Part shown: piece by piece, positions 1 to 10,419 of the stretch
Numbering within the stretch: position 1 is the stretch's first letter
Layout of the letters: every line of letters begins with the position of its first letter
DNA from: Candidatus Kapaibacterium sp.
Lineage (GTDB): Bacteria > Bacteroidota > Ignavibacteria > Kapaibacteriales > UBA2268
Assembly: GCA_963664875.1 (NCBI GenBank)
Contig: OY761611.1
Location: 192,001 to 256,000 of the forward strand
Direction: 5' to 3'
DNA: 64,000 nt
The notes under the pieces: model-generated
Databases searched by the model: none
The model's input: the letters and a program-made list of their open reading frames with translations, nothing else
What the model was told of the DNA's origin: nothing
Made by a program: the position numbers and the translations under genes

Positions 1-525
1 ATAAAAGGTCCATCAGGTTGTGGGAAATCAACAATACTCAATATGCTTTGTGGATTTGAAAGACCAACTGCAGGCAATATTTTTATCTATGGACAAAATG
101 TAGTTTCGCAAAGCGATATAGGAAGGAAGTATTGCTCATGGTTGCCTCAGGATTTGAATTTTGCTGATGATGATAAAGTTGAAGACATCATACTTTTCCC
201 TTTTTCTTTTAAAGCAAATAAGCAAAAACAGATTGATTTGAAAATGATACAAGAACAATTTGACTTGTTGGGTCTTAAAAAGGAACTTCTGTCTAATAGA
301 TATATTGATTTGTCAGGAGGAGAAAAGCAAAGAGTAGGGATCCTGATTTGTAAGTTGTTAGATTCTGAAATAATGCTGCTTGATGAGCCGACCTCTGCTC
401 TTGACCGTAGCTCTGTTGATAAAGTTATTGATTATTTGCTTAGAGACCACCATTTAACAATCGTATCTGTATCTCATGACGAAAGATGGTGCAGAGAATG
501 TTCAAAAATTGTAGAGATAATCTAA
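1..525 (+). CDS. ABC transporter ATP-binding protein (FetA/YbbL-like), 5'-truncated by the window edge
   Basis: Frame is open from base 1 and reads IKGPSGCGKSTILN (Walker A). Also has LSGGEKQR signature, LLDEPTSALD Walker B and H-loop SHD. Confidence 0.85.
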   Translation: MKGPSGCGKSTILNMLCGFERPTAGNIFIYGQNVVSQSDIGRKYCSWLPQDLNFADDDKVEDIILFPFSFKANKQKQIDLKMIQEQFDLLGLKKELLSNRYIDLSGGEKQRVGILICKLLDSEIMLLDEPTSALDRSSVDKVIDYLLRDHHLTIVSVSHDERWCRECSKIVEII

Positions 526-1274
526 TGATTGATATTAGTTGGATAGATGTTCTTACGGTATCAGGGATATTGCTAATCCCAATATTTATATTGGCTTACT
601 ACAAAACCGGGCAACTTAAGACAATGGGGTGGTCGTTTTTAAGAATGACTTTACAGCTTTCGTTGGTAGGGTTTTATTTAGAATATATTTTTGAAATTGA
701 TTCTGTTGCTATCAATCTGGCATGGGTCTTTCTTATGATAATAGCTGCAGGATTCACAATTACCAAAAGAAGCGATATAAGCCTGTCGCGGTATTATCTT
801 CCGGTTACTGCAGGCATTATTGTTAATGTCTTAATTAATGGTCTTGTATTCGCATTTTTTATATTTGAGGATAACACATTTTTTTCTGCAAGGTATATTA
901 TACCGGTCATGGGGATGGTAATAGGTAATACTTTGAATACTGCCATTGTTGCAATTAGAGCTTACTTTAGTTCTCTTAAAAAAGAACGGCAAAAGTATAG
1001 ATATTATCTGATGCTCGGAGCGAGCGAAAATGAAGCATTATATAAGTTTAGTTCTGAAGCTATGAAGATAGCTTTTAGTCCTATGTTAGCTTCTGTTGCT
1101 ACTATGGGACTAATATGGCTACCCGGCATGATGACAGGACAAATCTTAGGTGGAAGCAATCCACTTACTGCAATCAAGTATCAATTTTTGATAATGATAG
1201 CAATTTTTACCGGCAGTGTTATTACAGTAGCTGTAACATTGAATATTGCACAAACGATGCAAAATAAGCTATAG
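525..1274 (+). CDS. fetB: ABC transporter permease, FetB/YbbM (UPF0014) family
   Basis: Multi-TM protein with RMTLQL, IPVMGMVIGN and LPGMMTGQILGG..P..AIKYQ motifs. ATG at 525 overlaps the upstream TAA (TAATG). Confidence 0.85.
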   Translation: MIDISWIDVLTVSGILLIPIFILAYYKTGQLKTMGWSFLRMTLQLSLVGFYLEYIFEIDSVAINLAWVFLMIIAAGFTITKRSDISLSRYYLPVTAGIIVNVLINGLVFAFFIFEDNTFFSARYIIPVMGMVIGNTLNTAIVAIRAYFSSLKKERQKYRYYLMLGASENEALYKFSSEAMKIAFSPMLASVATMGLIWLPGMMTGQILGGSNPLTAIKYQFLIMIAIFTGSVITVAVTLNIAQTMQNKL

Positions 1275-1279
1275 GCACA

Positions 1280-1933
1280 CTAAAATATTCTTGACTTATA
1301 TTCTTGGCCTAATTCTACAAGTTCATTCAAAATCATTGCAGTTGCTCCCCACAGAGGAACTGTATGATGAATATTCCAAAACGGGACATCTACTTTAATT
1401 CCGTCAAAATCCCATACTTCTTTCTTGTAATTGCTCGAATCAAAAAAAGAATCAAAATCTATTTCAAACACTTCTTCGACCTCGTCTTCACTCAAAACAA
1501 CGGAGTAATTATTACTTATAAGTCCTACAATAGGAGTAATGACTGAATTGGAGGGAGGTACAAAAAGCGAAGAAAGTCTCCCTAATATTTTGACATTTGA
1601 ATAAGGAATACCAACTTCTTCCTTTGTTTCTCTGAGGGCAGTCATTTCAGGTGTTTCACCTAAATCGGCTCTACCACCCGGAAAGCTAATCTGACCGCTA
1701 TGATTTTTTAGTTTATTGCTTCTCAAAGTAAATAAAATTCGTAAATTGTTGCCATTACGAATTAAAGGTATTAGTACCGCACTGTTTTTTGCATTATAAT
1801 CCGGTTTAAACTTCCGGAATGGTTTGCCATCAATAACAGGTGCCATTTTCAAATGCGCATTGTGAGCAGGTAATTCTTGACGTAACCTTTGTTCTAAAAA
1901 ATTTTCAAAATCTATAAAATACATTGTACTCAT
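1280..1933 (-). CDS. Nudix hydrolase, CoA pyrophosphatase (NudL-like)
   Basis: HSGQISFPGG plus Nudix box (ETPEMTALRETKEEVG) and C-terminal WGATA. Confidence 0.9.
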   Translation of the reverse strand: MSTMYFIDFENFLEQRLRQELPAHNAHLKMAPVIDGKPFRKFKPDYNAKNSAVLIPLIRNGNNLRILFTLRSNKLKNHSGQISFPGGRADLGETPEMTALRETKEEVGIPYSNVKILGRLSSLFVPPSNSVITPIVGLISNNYSVVLSEDEVEEVFEIDFDSFFDSSNYKKEVWDFDGIKVDVPFWNIHHTVPLWGATAMILNELVELGQEYKSRIF

Positions 1934-1949
1934 CAGAAGAATTGATAAT

Positions 1950-2279
1950 ATGCAAAATAAAGATTTTTATTTAAGTGTTTATGAAATTGTTGCGAAAATT
2001 CCTGTTGGAAAAGTAACCAGCTATGGAGCTATTGCAAAAGCACTTGGAATCGGTATGTCTGCAAGGATGGTTGGATTTGCTCTAAACGCAGCCAAAGACC
2101 GTACAGATTTGCCTTGCCACAGGGTAGTAAATAGATTAGGTGAGCTAACAGGTAAACTCGCATTTCCGTATCCTACATTTATGCGTGAGCTTTTAGAGCA
2201 GGAAGGAATTTCATTTGTCGGAGAAGCCGTAGATATGAAAAAGCATTTTTGGGACGACTTCTCTATACCTGAGGAATGA
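1950..2279 (+). CDS. MGMT-family (methylated-DNA-protein cysteine methyltransferase-like) single-domain protein
   Basis: IPVGKVTSYGAIA, ARMVG and PCHRVV motifs; the acceptor Cys is retained. Confidence 0.85.
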   Translation: MQNKDFYLSVYEIVAKIPVGKVTSYGAIAKALGIGMSARMVGFALNAAKDRTDLPCHRVVNRLGELTGKLAFPYPTFMRELLEQEGISFVGEAVDMKKHFWDDFSIPEE

Positions 2280-4338
2280 CTATTTTGAAAGTAGTACCTT
2301 TTCCGATACTGCTTTCAACTTCAATAGTACCATTGTGTCTATCAATAAACTCTTTCACCATAACAAGCCCAATACCTGTGCCTGATTCAGCACGAGTACC
2401 TTTTGTCGATATTTTTTGTCCCAAATCAAACAATTTATTTTTGATTGATTCCTCCATTCCTATACCGGTATCTGCGACAAAGATGACTAATTCATTTTTG
2501 TTCTTTAAAGCAGAAACAGAGACAAAACCACCGGAGTCAGTGAATTTTATAGAGTTTGAAACAAGATTTCTGATAATAGTACTAAGCATGTTCCGATCGG
2601 CAGAAATATAAAACTCGGGAGTTATTTCATTTTTAATAGTTAGACCTTTTTTCTTCGCATTTTCTTTGAATAGATATTCTATAGTTAAAGTAATTTCGTA
2701 TAGGTCAACCAATTCCGGATTGAATTCCATTCGCCCTGTTTGCGAGCGTGCCCAATCAAGCAAATTATCTAAAAGTGACAGTAACTTTTCTGCAGATGAA
2801 TATAAGTCATCAATAGAATCAGAAATCTCTTCCTGACTGAGCTCGTCCAATCGAAATTTAAGGAATGAAGTAATTCCATGGAATACGCTTAGCGGATTTT
2901 TCAAATCATGGGCAATAATCGAGAAGAATTTATCCTTAACAGAGTTCATTTGAGTTAGTCGCTGTTCTGATTGCAATAGCTTATCGTTCAGTTCCAGAGT
3001 TTTTGTTGCTTCATAAGCTATGTCGTTTCTTGCCTGATTGAGCTCTTCTATTAGATTTTCGAGTTCAGTTTGTTTGTTGCATTGTTCTGTGATATTAAAC
3101 ATTACAAGTATGTAACTTATTTGAGAATTTTTGTAAACAGGTCTTATATATATTTTATAGATTTCACTCATTAGGTTGATTTCGAAAACTCTAATTTCCT
3201 TATTATGTGCTGAATTGGAAAGAGCAAATATATGTTCTTTCATGTTATCCGGTAATTTGTAAAATTTGTTGCCATTCTTATCAAAAAGAGAAAATATTGT
3301 GTCAAATTGTAGATTTGCAAGTGTAACTTCAGCTGACGGTCCTATTTGAGCTACAGGACTTGGTATCGCGTTAAGTAGCTGAGCCAAAAACTGATTACTT
3401 GCTTCAATCTCCAGTTTATATCTCGCTTTTTCGTCTATATCACGAACAATAGCTAAAATATATGATTTGTCTTCGAGTGGGAGTAAACTTAAAGATACTT
3501 CTGCTTCGAAAATTTCACCGTTGAATCTCTTATGTTGCCATTGGAAATGCTGTTTAATTCCTTCTTTTGCAGCTCTGATTTTTTTAATTGCCATGGCTTT
3601 AGAAAGTTCACCGTCTGACTGTCTTTCGGGAGATAACTTGTAAGGTTCCTGTTTCAAAATTTGCTGTTTTGAGCAGGCAAATATTTCTAAAGTACGTTGA
3701 TTGCAATCTACAAATTGGTTACCGTCCATAATAAATATTGCGTCGCCTGCGTGCTCAAAAAGGCTTCTATAGAGTATTTCATTTTCTTTAAGTTTCTTTT
3801 CTGTTCGTTTTCTTAGCGTAACATCTCTAAAAATAGACAGAATAGCTCCCTTGTTCTTATATAAAATATGAGTCAAGGACATCTCTATAAATTTAATATC
3901 ACCCCAGCCTAAATCGAACTCTGTCTCAATGAAAGCAGAGGAGTCTATATCTTTTAGAACACTTTCGTTTATGTCAATAAATTCTGAGCTTGCTCTTTCA
4001 GAAATAAAATCTTGAAGGTTTTTGTCGAGGCAACTAATTTTGCTTCTTTCCAAAATTGAAGCTGCAGAATCATTGACAAATACTATCTGATTGTCAACAC
4101 AAATCACAATCCCATCATTCGAGCGTTCTACAACCCTCTTATAATCAGATTGTAGGTTGGTCATCTCAGCATTCGATACTCTTAGATACTCCATTTCTAA
4201 AAGCAAAGATTCTGCCTTCGCTTTTAGATTCCTATACTTAAAATAATAGTAGTACAAGGCTATTACAATGCTGAAAAGCAATAAAAGCCACACTATTTGG
4301 AGTGGATCCAACTCTAATATTTTTTGTATTTCTATCAT
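2263..4338 (-). CDS. PAS-domain sensor histidine kinase
   Basis: N-terminal TM helix, 2-3 PAS/PAC repeats (RDVTLRK, RDIDEK), HisKA AHDLKNP, HATPase NLVSNSIKFT / DTGIG / GTGIGL. Confidence 0.9.
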   Translation of the reverse strand: MIEIQKILELDPLQIVWLLLLFSIVIALYYYYFKYRNLKAKAESLLLEMEYLRVSNAEMTNLQSDYKRVVERSNDGIVICVDNQIVFVNDSAASILERSKISCLDKNLQDFISERASSEFIDINESVLKDIDSSAFIETEFDLGWGDIKFIEMSLTHILYKNKGAILSIFRDVTLRKRTEKKLKENEILYRSLFEHAGDAIFIMDGNQFVDCNQRTLEIFACSKQQILKQEPYKLSPERQSDGELSKAMAIKKIRAAKEGIKQHFQWQHKRFNGEIFEAEVSLSLLPLEDKSYILAIVRDIDEKARYKLEIEASNQFLAQLLNAIPSPVAQIGPSAEVTLANLQFDTIFSLFDKNGNKFYKLPDNMKEHIFALSNSAHNKEIRVFEINLMSEIYKIYIRPVYKNSQISYILVMFNITEQCNKQTELENLIEELNQARNDIAYEATKTLELNDKLLQSEQRLTQMNSVKDKFFSIIAHDLKNPLSVFHGITSFLKFRLDELSQEEISDSIDDLYSSAEKLLSLLDNLLDWARSQTGRMEFNPELVDLYEITLTIEYLFKENAKKKGLTIKNEITPEFYISADRNMLSTIIRNLVSNSIKFTDSGGFVSVSALKNKNELVIFVADTGIGMEESIKNKLFDLGQKISTKGTRAESGTGIGLVMVKEFIDRHNGTIEVESSIGKGTTFKIVIPQV

Positions 4339-4382
4339 GCAAAAGTGGACGGATTAACTCGTATTTTAATTGCTACTAAAAA

Positions 4383-4434
4383 TGTGGAAAACTCTGTTGA
4401 AAACCATGCAGGCATGTTGATAACTTGTGTAAAA
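4383..4434. promoter_or_regulatory. Cluster of four co-oriented DnaA-box-like 9-mers
   Basis: TGTGGAAAA 4383-4391, TGTTGAAAA 4395-4403, TGTTGATAA 4415-4423, TGTGTAAAA 4426-4434 (canonical TGTGGATAA). Confidence 0.5.
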
Positions 4435-4653
4435 TAAACAATAGTAAATGAATAATTTAGAATATGTTTTTGAGTTATAGAAACTTAGACAAATACACAA
4501 GAAAAAACAACCCTGAATTGATCAGCCAAAAGTTTGCTAAAAAAAGCATTATTAAATACTTATAAGACCCAAATTACTAAACTTCTTTGTAAATTGTACG
4601 TTTAGACAGTTTAGAAAAACACTATATTTTTTTCAAATACACAGGTCAGTGTC

Positions 4654-6003
4654 ATGCGTAATTTACAGATTACTCACAGCCTACTCAAAAGATTATCGAT
4701 GCTTTTTGCTTTTATGGTGATTAGCACAGTAAGTCTTTTTAGCCAGGCTAATCCAATCAAATTTGTTGAGGAAGACTTGAGCAATGGTCTTCATGTTATT
4801 TACTCAATAGACAAAAGTGCTCCGGTAGTATCTACTGTGTTGCACTATAGAGTTGGCTCAAAAGATGAAAACCCAAATCTTACAGGCTTTGCTCACTTTT
4901 TTGAACACTTAATGTTCGAATCGACTGATGAAATACCAAGAGCAAGTATGGATAAATATATCCAGGAAGCCGGTGGTATTTTAAATGCTCATACTTCATT
5001 TGACGAAACAGTATATAAATTTACTGTTCCTTCTCACCAAATCAAGCTCGCTTTGTGGATAGAATCATCAAGGATGAGACAGCTACAGGTTGGTGAAATT
5101 GGTGTTGAAACACAGAGAGGTGTTGTTTTAGAAGAAAAGAAAAATAGAAACGATAACTCGCCTTATGGAACTTGGATGGAAAAAATGTTTTATAATGTCT
5201 TCAAAGGTGGCAATTACTCTTGGGTGCCAATCGGAGACGCAGAACATATTAAAAAAGCTACAATCGAAGATTTCCAAAAATTTTATAACAATTTTTATAA
5301 ACCAAATAACGGTACTTTAGTTATTGTAGGTGATTTTGATCTCGAAGAAACAAAACAATATGTAAGAGCTTACTTTGGTCGCTACGAAAAAGGTGCAGAT
5401 CCGGTACGCTCAGAATTTAAACTTCCACCGATGGATGGTCCTTACAGAGAAACTGTTGAAGATAACAAAGCTCAGCTTCCTGCTGCATTTATGGGACTTA
5501 GAGGTCCTAAAATGGGTGAACAGGATTACTATGCTCTTTCACTGTTAGGTGATATTTTGGGTGCTGGAGAATCTTCAAGATTTTACAGAGAATTAGTTGA
5601 AAAACAAATTGCTTTGCAGGCAGTTATGCAGCCTATGGCTTTAGAAAATGCCGGTATTATTTATATGGTAGGTATTCCTGCTCAAGGTAAAGAGCTAAAA
5701 GATGTGGAAGCTGCTATGATGGCAGAAATCCAAAAAGTTATTGATAACGGCGTTACAGATGAAGAATTCCAAAAAGCAAGAAACATCAAAGAAGCATCTT
5801 CTGTAAGTGGCAAAAAAGAAACTGAAGAAAAAGCTATGGCTTTAGCTCAGTACTATAGCTACTATGGCGATGCAAGCCTTATCAATAAAGAATTAGATAA
5901 CTATATGAAAGTAACAAAAGCAGATATACAAAAAGTTGCTAAAAAATATCTTGGCACTCCAAATAGAGTTACTTTAGAATACATCCCTGCAAAAGGCGAA
6001 TAG
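4654..6003 (+). CDS. M16 (pitrilysin) zinc peptidase, catalytic subunit, with signal peptide
   Basis: GFAHFFEHLMF inverted HxxEH motif, NAHTSFDET, hydrophobic N-terminus. Confidence 0.92.
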   Translation: MRNLQITHSLLKRLSMLFAFMVISTVSLFSQANPIKFVEEDLSNGLHVIYSIDKSAPVVSTVLHYRVGSKDENPNLTGFAHFFEHLMFESTDEIPRASMDKYIQEAGGILNAHTSFDETVYKFTVPSHQIKLALWIESSRMRQLQVGEIGVETQRGVVLEEKKNRNDNSPYGTWMEKMFYNVFKGGNYSWVPIGDAEHIKKATIEDFQKFYNNFYKPNNGTLVIVGDFDLEETKQYVRAYFGRYEKGADPVRSEFKLPPMDGPYRETVEDNKAQLPAAFMGLRGPKMGEQDYYALSLLGDILGAGESSRFYRELVEKQIALQAVMQPMALENAGIIYMVGIPAQGKELKDVEAAMMAEIQKVIDNGVTDEEFQKARNIKEASSVSGKKETEEKAMALAQYYSYYGDASLINKELDNYMKVTKADIQKVAKKYLGTPNRVTLEYIPAKGE

Positions 6004-6041
6004 TTTTTCACTAAAATCAAAATAAAATAGGACTTCATAAA

Positions 6042-8099
6042 ATGAAAAAAATTCTCAGTTTATTAGTTATGATATTTATGGCAGCTCAGATGATAGTTGC
6101 TCAGGATATCGATCCGACTAAAAGACCTGAACCTTTGAAAGGTAAAGATTTTAAATTCCCGGAATATACTACTAAAACACTTTCTAATGGTGTAAAAGTA
6201 TTTATAATAGAAGACCACGAACAACCAACAATTTCATTCAGCCTTTTGATTCCTGGTGGCTCAGCTGTACAAGGGAAAAAAGCGGGTTTAGCTGATTTCA
6301 TGACATCTCTGCTCACAAAAGGTACAAAAACGAAATCAGCCTTGGATATAGCCCAAAAAATGGATGGAATTGGTGCCGGAGTAGGGGCAGGTTCATCTGC
6401 TGACTACTTCACATTGTCCGGTGGTGGTCTTACGAAACACATTGATCCGATTTTAGAAGTTATGGCTGATGTTTTAATCAATCCTACTTTCCCTCAAGAA
6501 GAGTTCGATAAATTGTTACCTCAGTTTATTCAATCTCTAGAATCTGAAAAAGCAAATTCAGGAAGTATCGCTAGTGCTCTTACTAGAATTGCTTTGTATG
6601 GTGAGCATCATCCTTACGCAATCAAAGAAACAAAAGAGTCTTTGGAGTCTATCAAAATTGCTGACATCAAAGAACTTTACAGAACTTGGATGAAACCAAA
6701 TAATGCTACAATGACTGTAATTGGTGATGTTAAAGCTGATGAAATCGTTAAAAAATTAGAAAATGCTTTCAAAAACTGGGAAAAAGGTTTTGTACCGGAA
6801 ATCTTGATTCCAAAAGCACAACCAATGCCTAAAGGTGTATATTTTGTAAATCGTCCGGGTTCAGTGCAATCTTCCGTAATTGTTGCAACTCCTGCTATAC
6901 CTTATGCACATGAAGATTATGATGCAGCAGATTTTGCATCAAGAATCATCGGTACAGGTTTTGGCGGTCGTTTGTTCCGTACTCTTAGAGAAACTCACTC
7001 ATATACATATACTCCGTTCGGTTACATGACCGGAAGCAAATATGTAAATAGATTTGCATGTGGTGCTGATGTTCGTTCTTCTGTTACTGATTCTGCTATC
7101 GTAGTTATCAATGAACAATTGCAGGACTTATGCACTAACCCTGCAAGTGAAGAAGAGCTTACAAGATTGAAAAACTTCAGAGTAGGTACTTTCTTAATGG
7201 CTTTTGAAAGTGCAGGTACAATGGCTGGTCTTGTTCAAAGAGCAGATTTCATGGGTGTACCTATGAGCCGTTTCGAAAACTATCCTAAATTTATCATGGA
7301 TTTAGCTCCTGAAAAAATCAGAGACGTTGCAAACAAATATATGAATCCCAAAGATGAGTATATCATTGTTGTAGGCGATCCTGAAGTAAAAGAAAAACTT
7401 GCAAAATTCGGAAAAATCTACGAATATGATTTAGACCTCAAACCGGTCAAAACTGAAACAGTTTCTATTAAACCGGAAGAACTTGTTGCAAATTATGTAA
7501 AAGCTCTTGGTGGACAGGATAAATTAGATGCTGTCAAATCTGTTAAAATGGTTGGCAAAACAACTCAGCAAGGTCCACAAGGTCCAATTACTATAAAATT
7601 GGAACAAGTTACTACTAAAGATAAAAAACAGTATTTATTGCAAGATGCAGGTATGTTTGGAAAAATGACTATTATGATGACAGATGGTCAAAAAGCATGG
7701 GAACCAAGCCGCACTGTTCGTGGTAAAATGGATGAAGTTCCAGCAGAAAAAGCAAAAGAAATGATTGACGGAGTAGAAATCTTTGACGCAGTTAACTTGG
7801 CAAAAAATATTGCAAATTTAACTGTCAAAGGCAAACAAGGTAATCAGATAGTAGTAGAAGAGCAAAATCCGGATGGTAAAAAATCTTACTACTATTTCAA
7901 TGCTGAAACATATTTATTAGAAAAAACTGAGACAGCAACTGAAATGGGTAGTCAAACCATGGAAATGAAAAACTACAAAGACTTTGGTGGTATATTGTTC
8001 CCATCTATCCTTATTCAAAAAATGGGTCCACAATCTATGGAGTTTGAATCAGAATACGAACTTAATGTGAAAGTAGAAGAAAGTATGTTTAGACCATAA
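6042..8099 (+). CDS. M16 peptidase non-catalytic partner with extra C-terminal domain, signal peptide
   Basis: M16 fold motifs without HxxEH; RLFRTLRETHSYTY R/Y motif; ~220-aa C-terminal extension starting near ELVANYVKALGG. Confidence 0.85.
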   Translation: MKKILSLLVMIFMAAQMIVAQDIDPTKRPEPLKGKDFKFPEYTTKTLSNGVKVFIIEDHEQPTISFSLLIPGGSAVQGKKAGLADFMTSLLTKGTKTKSALDIAQKMDGIGAGVGAGSSADYFTLSGGGLTKHIDPILEVMADVLINPTFPQEEFDKLLPQFIQSLESEKANSGSIASALTRIALYGEHHPYAIKETKESLESIKIADIKELYRTWMKPNNATMTVIGDVKADEIVKKLENAFKNWEKGFVPEILIPKAQPMPKGVYFVNRPGSVQSSVIVATPAIPYAHEDYDAADFASRIIGTGFGGRLFRTLRETHSYTYTPFGYMTGSKYVNRFACGADVRSSVTDSAIVVINEQLQDLCTNPASEEELTRLKNFRVGTFLMAFESAGTMAGLVQRADFMGVPMSRFENYPKFIMDLAPEKIRDVANKYMNPKDEYIIVVGDPEVKEKLAKFGKIYEYDLDLKPVKTETVSIKPEELVANYVKALGGQDKLDAVKSVKMVGKTTQQGPQGPITIKLEQVTTKDKKQYLLQDAGMFGKMTIMMTDGQKAWEPSRTVRGKMDEVPAEKAKEMIDGVEIFDAVNLAKNIANLTVKGKQGNQIVVEEQNPDGKKSYYYFNAETYLLEKTETATEMGSQTMEMKNYKDFGGILFPSILIQKMGPQSMEFESEYELNVKVEESMFRP

Positions 8100-8135
8100 A
8101 CATCGAATTCCATTTATTTCTTAAATATACTTTTT

Positions 8136-8175
8136 AACACACAGTGCTTTATGAAAAACACTGTGTGTTTTTTTT
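8136..8175 (+). terminator. Rho-independent terminator after the M16 pair
   Basis: AACACACAGTG ... CACTGTGTGTT stem followed by a T run. Confidence 0.8.
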
Positions 8176-8317
8176 ACACATAATTTTTGCTTTCAACTGG
8201 GATTAGTTTTTAGATCTATATAATACTCGGTACCATTTTATTTGGCACACTCCCAAAAAGAGGGGATTAAGCAAAAAGTTTCACAATTCTGAACAAGAAA
8301 AATTTAAGACAAAAACA

Positions 8318-8430
8318 AGGCTGCAAGCATCAAATATATTAGCCCGGGGCAAATAAGGTCACTGAGCGAGCACAGCGAATCGAAGTGCGGGTAAGATAAG
8401 TAATTGTAATATAGAGCCCTGTACGGACGA
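8318..8430. repeat. Degenerate REP-like GC-rich element
   Basis: GC-rich island in an AT-rich spacer: AGCCCGGGGCAA, GGTCACTGAGCGAGCACAGCGAATCGAAGTG, AGCCCTGTACGGACGA. Resembles RAYT-associated REP sequences from memory; single copy here. Confidence 0.4.
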
Positions 8431-8712
8431 CCAGCTTGAGACGCAATCATTAGGTCTATACATTTTGCTTTTTTCAGATTACCTAATGTATTGAGTAATC
8501 TAAATTCAAGTTAGTTTAGTTTGTTTTTACTTATGAGACAGCCCCCCAAGAAACAAGATAACGACCCAGAATAATTTTCTATTGATATTATGGGATGCAA
8601 CATCTAAATGCGGCAATCTATATCATTACGATAGAGATATTCCATAGATTTGCTTATATTTTGAAATAGGAAGTTGTTTGCAAATAGGAAGAGAAGGCTG
8701 AGGATGAATATT

Positions 8713-8755
8713 GATAATTCCAAGCCCTCAGTAATATAGAGGGCTTGGAATTATC
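8713..8755 (-). terminator. Perfect 17-bp hairpin downstream of the 8766-10136 gene
   Basis: GATAATTCCAAGCCCTC / GAGGGCTTGGAATTATC with a 9-nt loop. Confidence 0.7.
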
Positions 8756-8765
8756 TCAAACGCAT

Positions 8766-10136
8766 TTATTGTTTTATAAATTTCAATATTGCAGTTTCTT
8801 GTTCAGATTGAAGCACTATTAGATATGAGCCCGGCGACAATGTATTCGCCTGAGACCAATCCATTTCGTTTACACCAGCCGGAAAATACGAATCAATCAA
8901 ATTAGCAACTCTTCTGCCTTGCAAATCAGAAATACTAATACTTACTCTTCCTGAACTTGGATTGTTCCAGTTGATTGTAAAATAATCTGCGACTGGGGCA
9001 GGGTAAAGTTTAGTAACTTCTAATCTATTACTGACTATAATATTGTTGTTTACATCTGTTCTCAAAGGAGCTGACTGATAAAGCCCTTTTTCAGAAGTGC
9101 CTACAAGAAATACTGCACCGGCACCAGTAGTGTCCCAAGCAGGAGCAGCGACTGTAATTGCTTTATATTCTTCTTGAATTGGAATGGAATTTTGTTCCCA
9201 CCACCAACCATTATTCGCACTAACATAAATCCCTTGCGAACCGGCTGCAGCAACCATAAATTTTGGAAATAGTGGGTGGAAGTCTAAATCATAAATTTTA
9301 GCACCGGAAGCACCAACAGAATGCCATGTTTTTCCTGTATCTAAGCTCTGATAGATACCTTTCCCGAAAGATACTCCTTCGGAAGTAATTGAGTCGGCAC
9401 CACAGTAAACAATACTCTTATCCATTCCGGAAGGAAGCACTGTATGTATTCTTAGACCTTCAATACCGCTATCAAACGATTGCCAGCTATTACCGCCGTC
9501 GATGGAACGCATAACTCCACCGTCATAACTATTATCACCGGCAACAAAAATCATATTAGCATCTAATTTTGATACCTGAATGTCTCTTGAAGAAATGCTC
9601 AACTGCGGATCGGCAGAAAAAGTATCGAAATTGTCTTCTGACACGAGAATACCTTTCGCAGTATTCATGGCAGAGGCAAATATTTTATTATTAGATTTGG
9701 CAAACTTTGTGACGAAGTAAGTATTGTTGAAGTCAACTTCATTTTTATTCCAAGAAATACCACCATCAGTAGATTTGACGATACTGCCTCTTGTCTTATT
9801 TACACAAGAAGCAATCATGTTCTGTGCATCAATTTGCATTACATCAAGCACAAAGAGACTATCAAGTATAGGCTGACCAAAACTGTTGCCTTTGTCATTT
9901 GTTATTTTGAACCCTTTGCCTTCAATTATATAAAATTCCGGTTCTAATCTGTCCGGAGACCAAGAGTACAAATCTGAAGCAACCGCGTACTTAGTAGGTG
10001 TATTTGGAAATATTATTATTTTGTTGATAGCATCACCAGCATCATCTATCTTTTTCCAATCTTCAGCCTGTGCTGCATTGTAAGAAAATGCAGTAACAAT
10101 GGACAAAATAAAAAACTGTAGTAGTTTTCTGTTCAT
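8766..10136 (-). CDS. Secreted BNR/Asp-box beta-propeller protein with T9SS-type C-terminal sorting domain
   Basis: Signal peptide; repeated S.DGG.SW Asp-boxes; CTD with LYPAP...GSYLIVL...KFIKQ. Confidence 0.8.
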   Translation of the reverse strand: MNRKLLQFFILSIVTAFSYNAAQAEDWKKIDDAGDAINKIIIFPNTPTKYAVASDLYSWSPDRLEPEFYIIEGKGFKITNDKGNSFGQPILDSLFVLDVMQIDAQNMIASCVNKTRGSIVKSTDGGISWNKNEVDFNNTYFVTKFAKSNNKIFASAMNTAKGILVSEDNFDTFSADPQLSISSRDIQVSKLDANMIFVAGDNSYDGGVMRSIDGGNSWQSFDSGIEGLRIHTVLPSGMDKSIVYCGADSITSEGVSFGKGIYQSLDTGKTWHSVGASGAKIYDLDFHPLFPKFMVAAAGSQGIYVSANNGWWWEQNSIPIQEEYKAITVAAPAWDTTGAGAVFLVGTSEKGLYQSAPLRTDVNNNIIVSNRLEVTKLYPAPVADYFTINWNNPSSGRVSISISDLQGRRVANLIDSYFPAGVNEMDWSQANTLSPGSYLIVLQSEQETAILKFIKQ

Positions 10137-10419
10137 GTTTTACTCCGCAAAACTGTTTTCAAATTCTATTTAATTCTTTTCCATAAAATATGATATTATT
10201 TTCAATTAACTAAATCTTTTTATCCTAAAATAGGAAGTTTTTACGCACTAAGTGCTGTCGACAACTACAATCGGAAAGTTGTTCAACAAAAAAAATTATA
10301 TAAACTCTTTTGCGTTTAAACTGTATAAGAATAAGATAGTGGATAAAATAATGTTGCTTTTTTTCTAAAATTAGCTTTTATTGTTGCTTAGATATATAAT
10401 TAAACGGAGTATCAGATAG

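Noticed and set aside
8388-8402. 15-bp match CGGGTAAGATAAGTA shared with both CTD repeats (about 59847 and 61469)
   Set aside because: It does not extend on either side, and a match this short is plausible by chance in 64 kb of AT-rich DNA.
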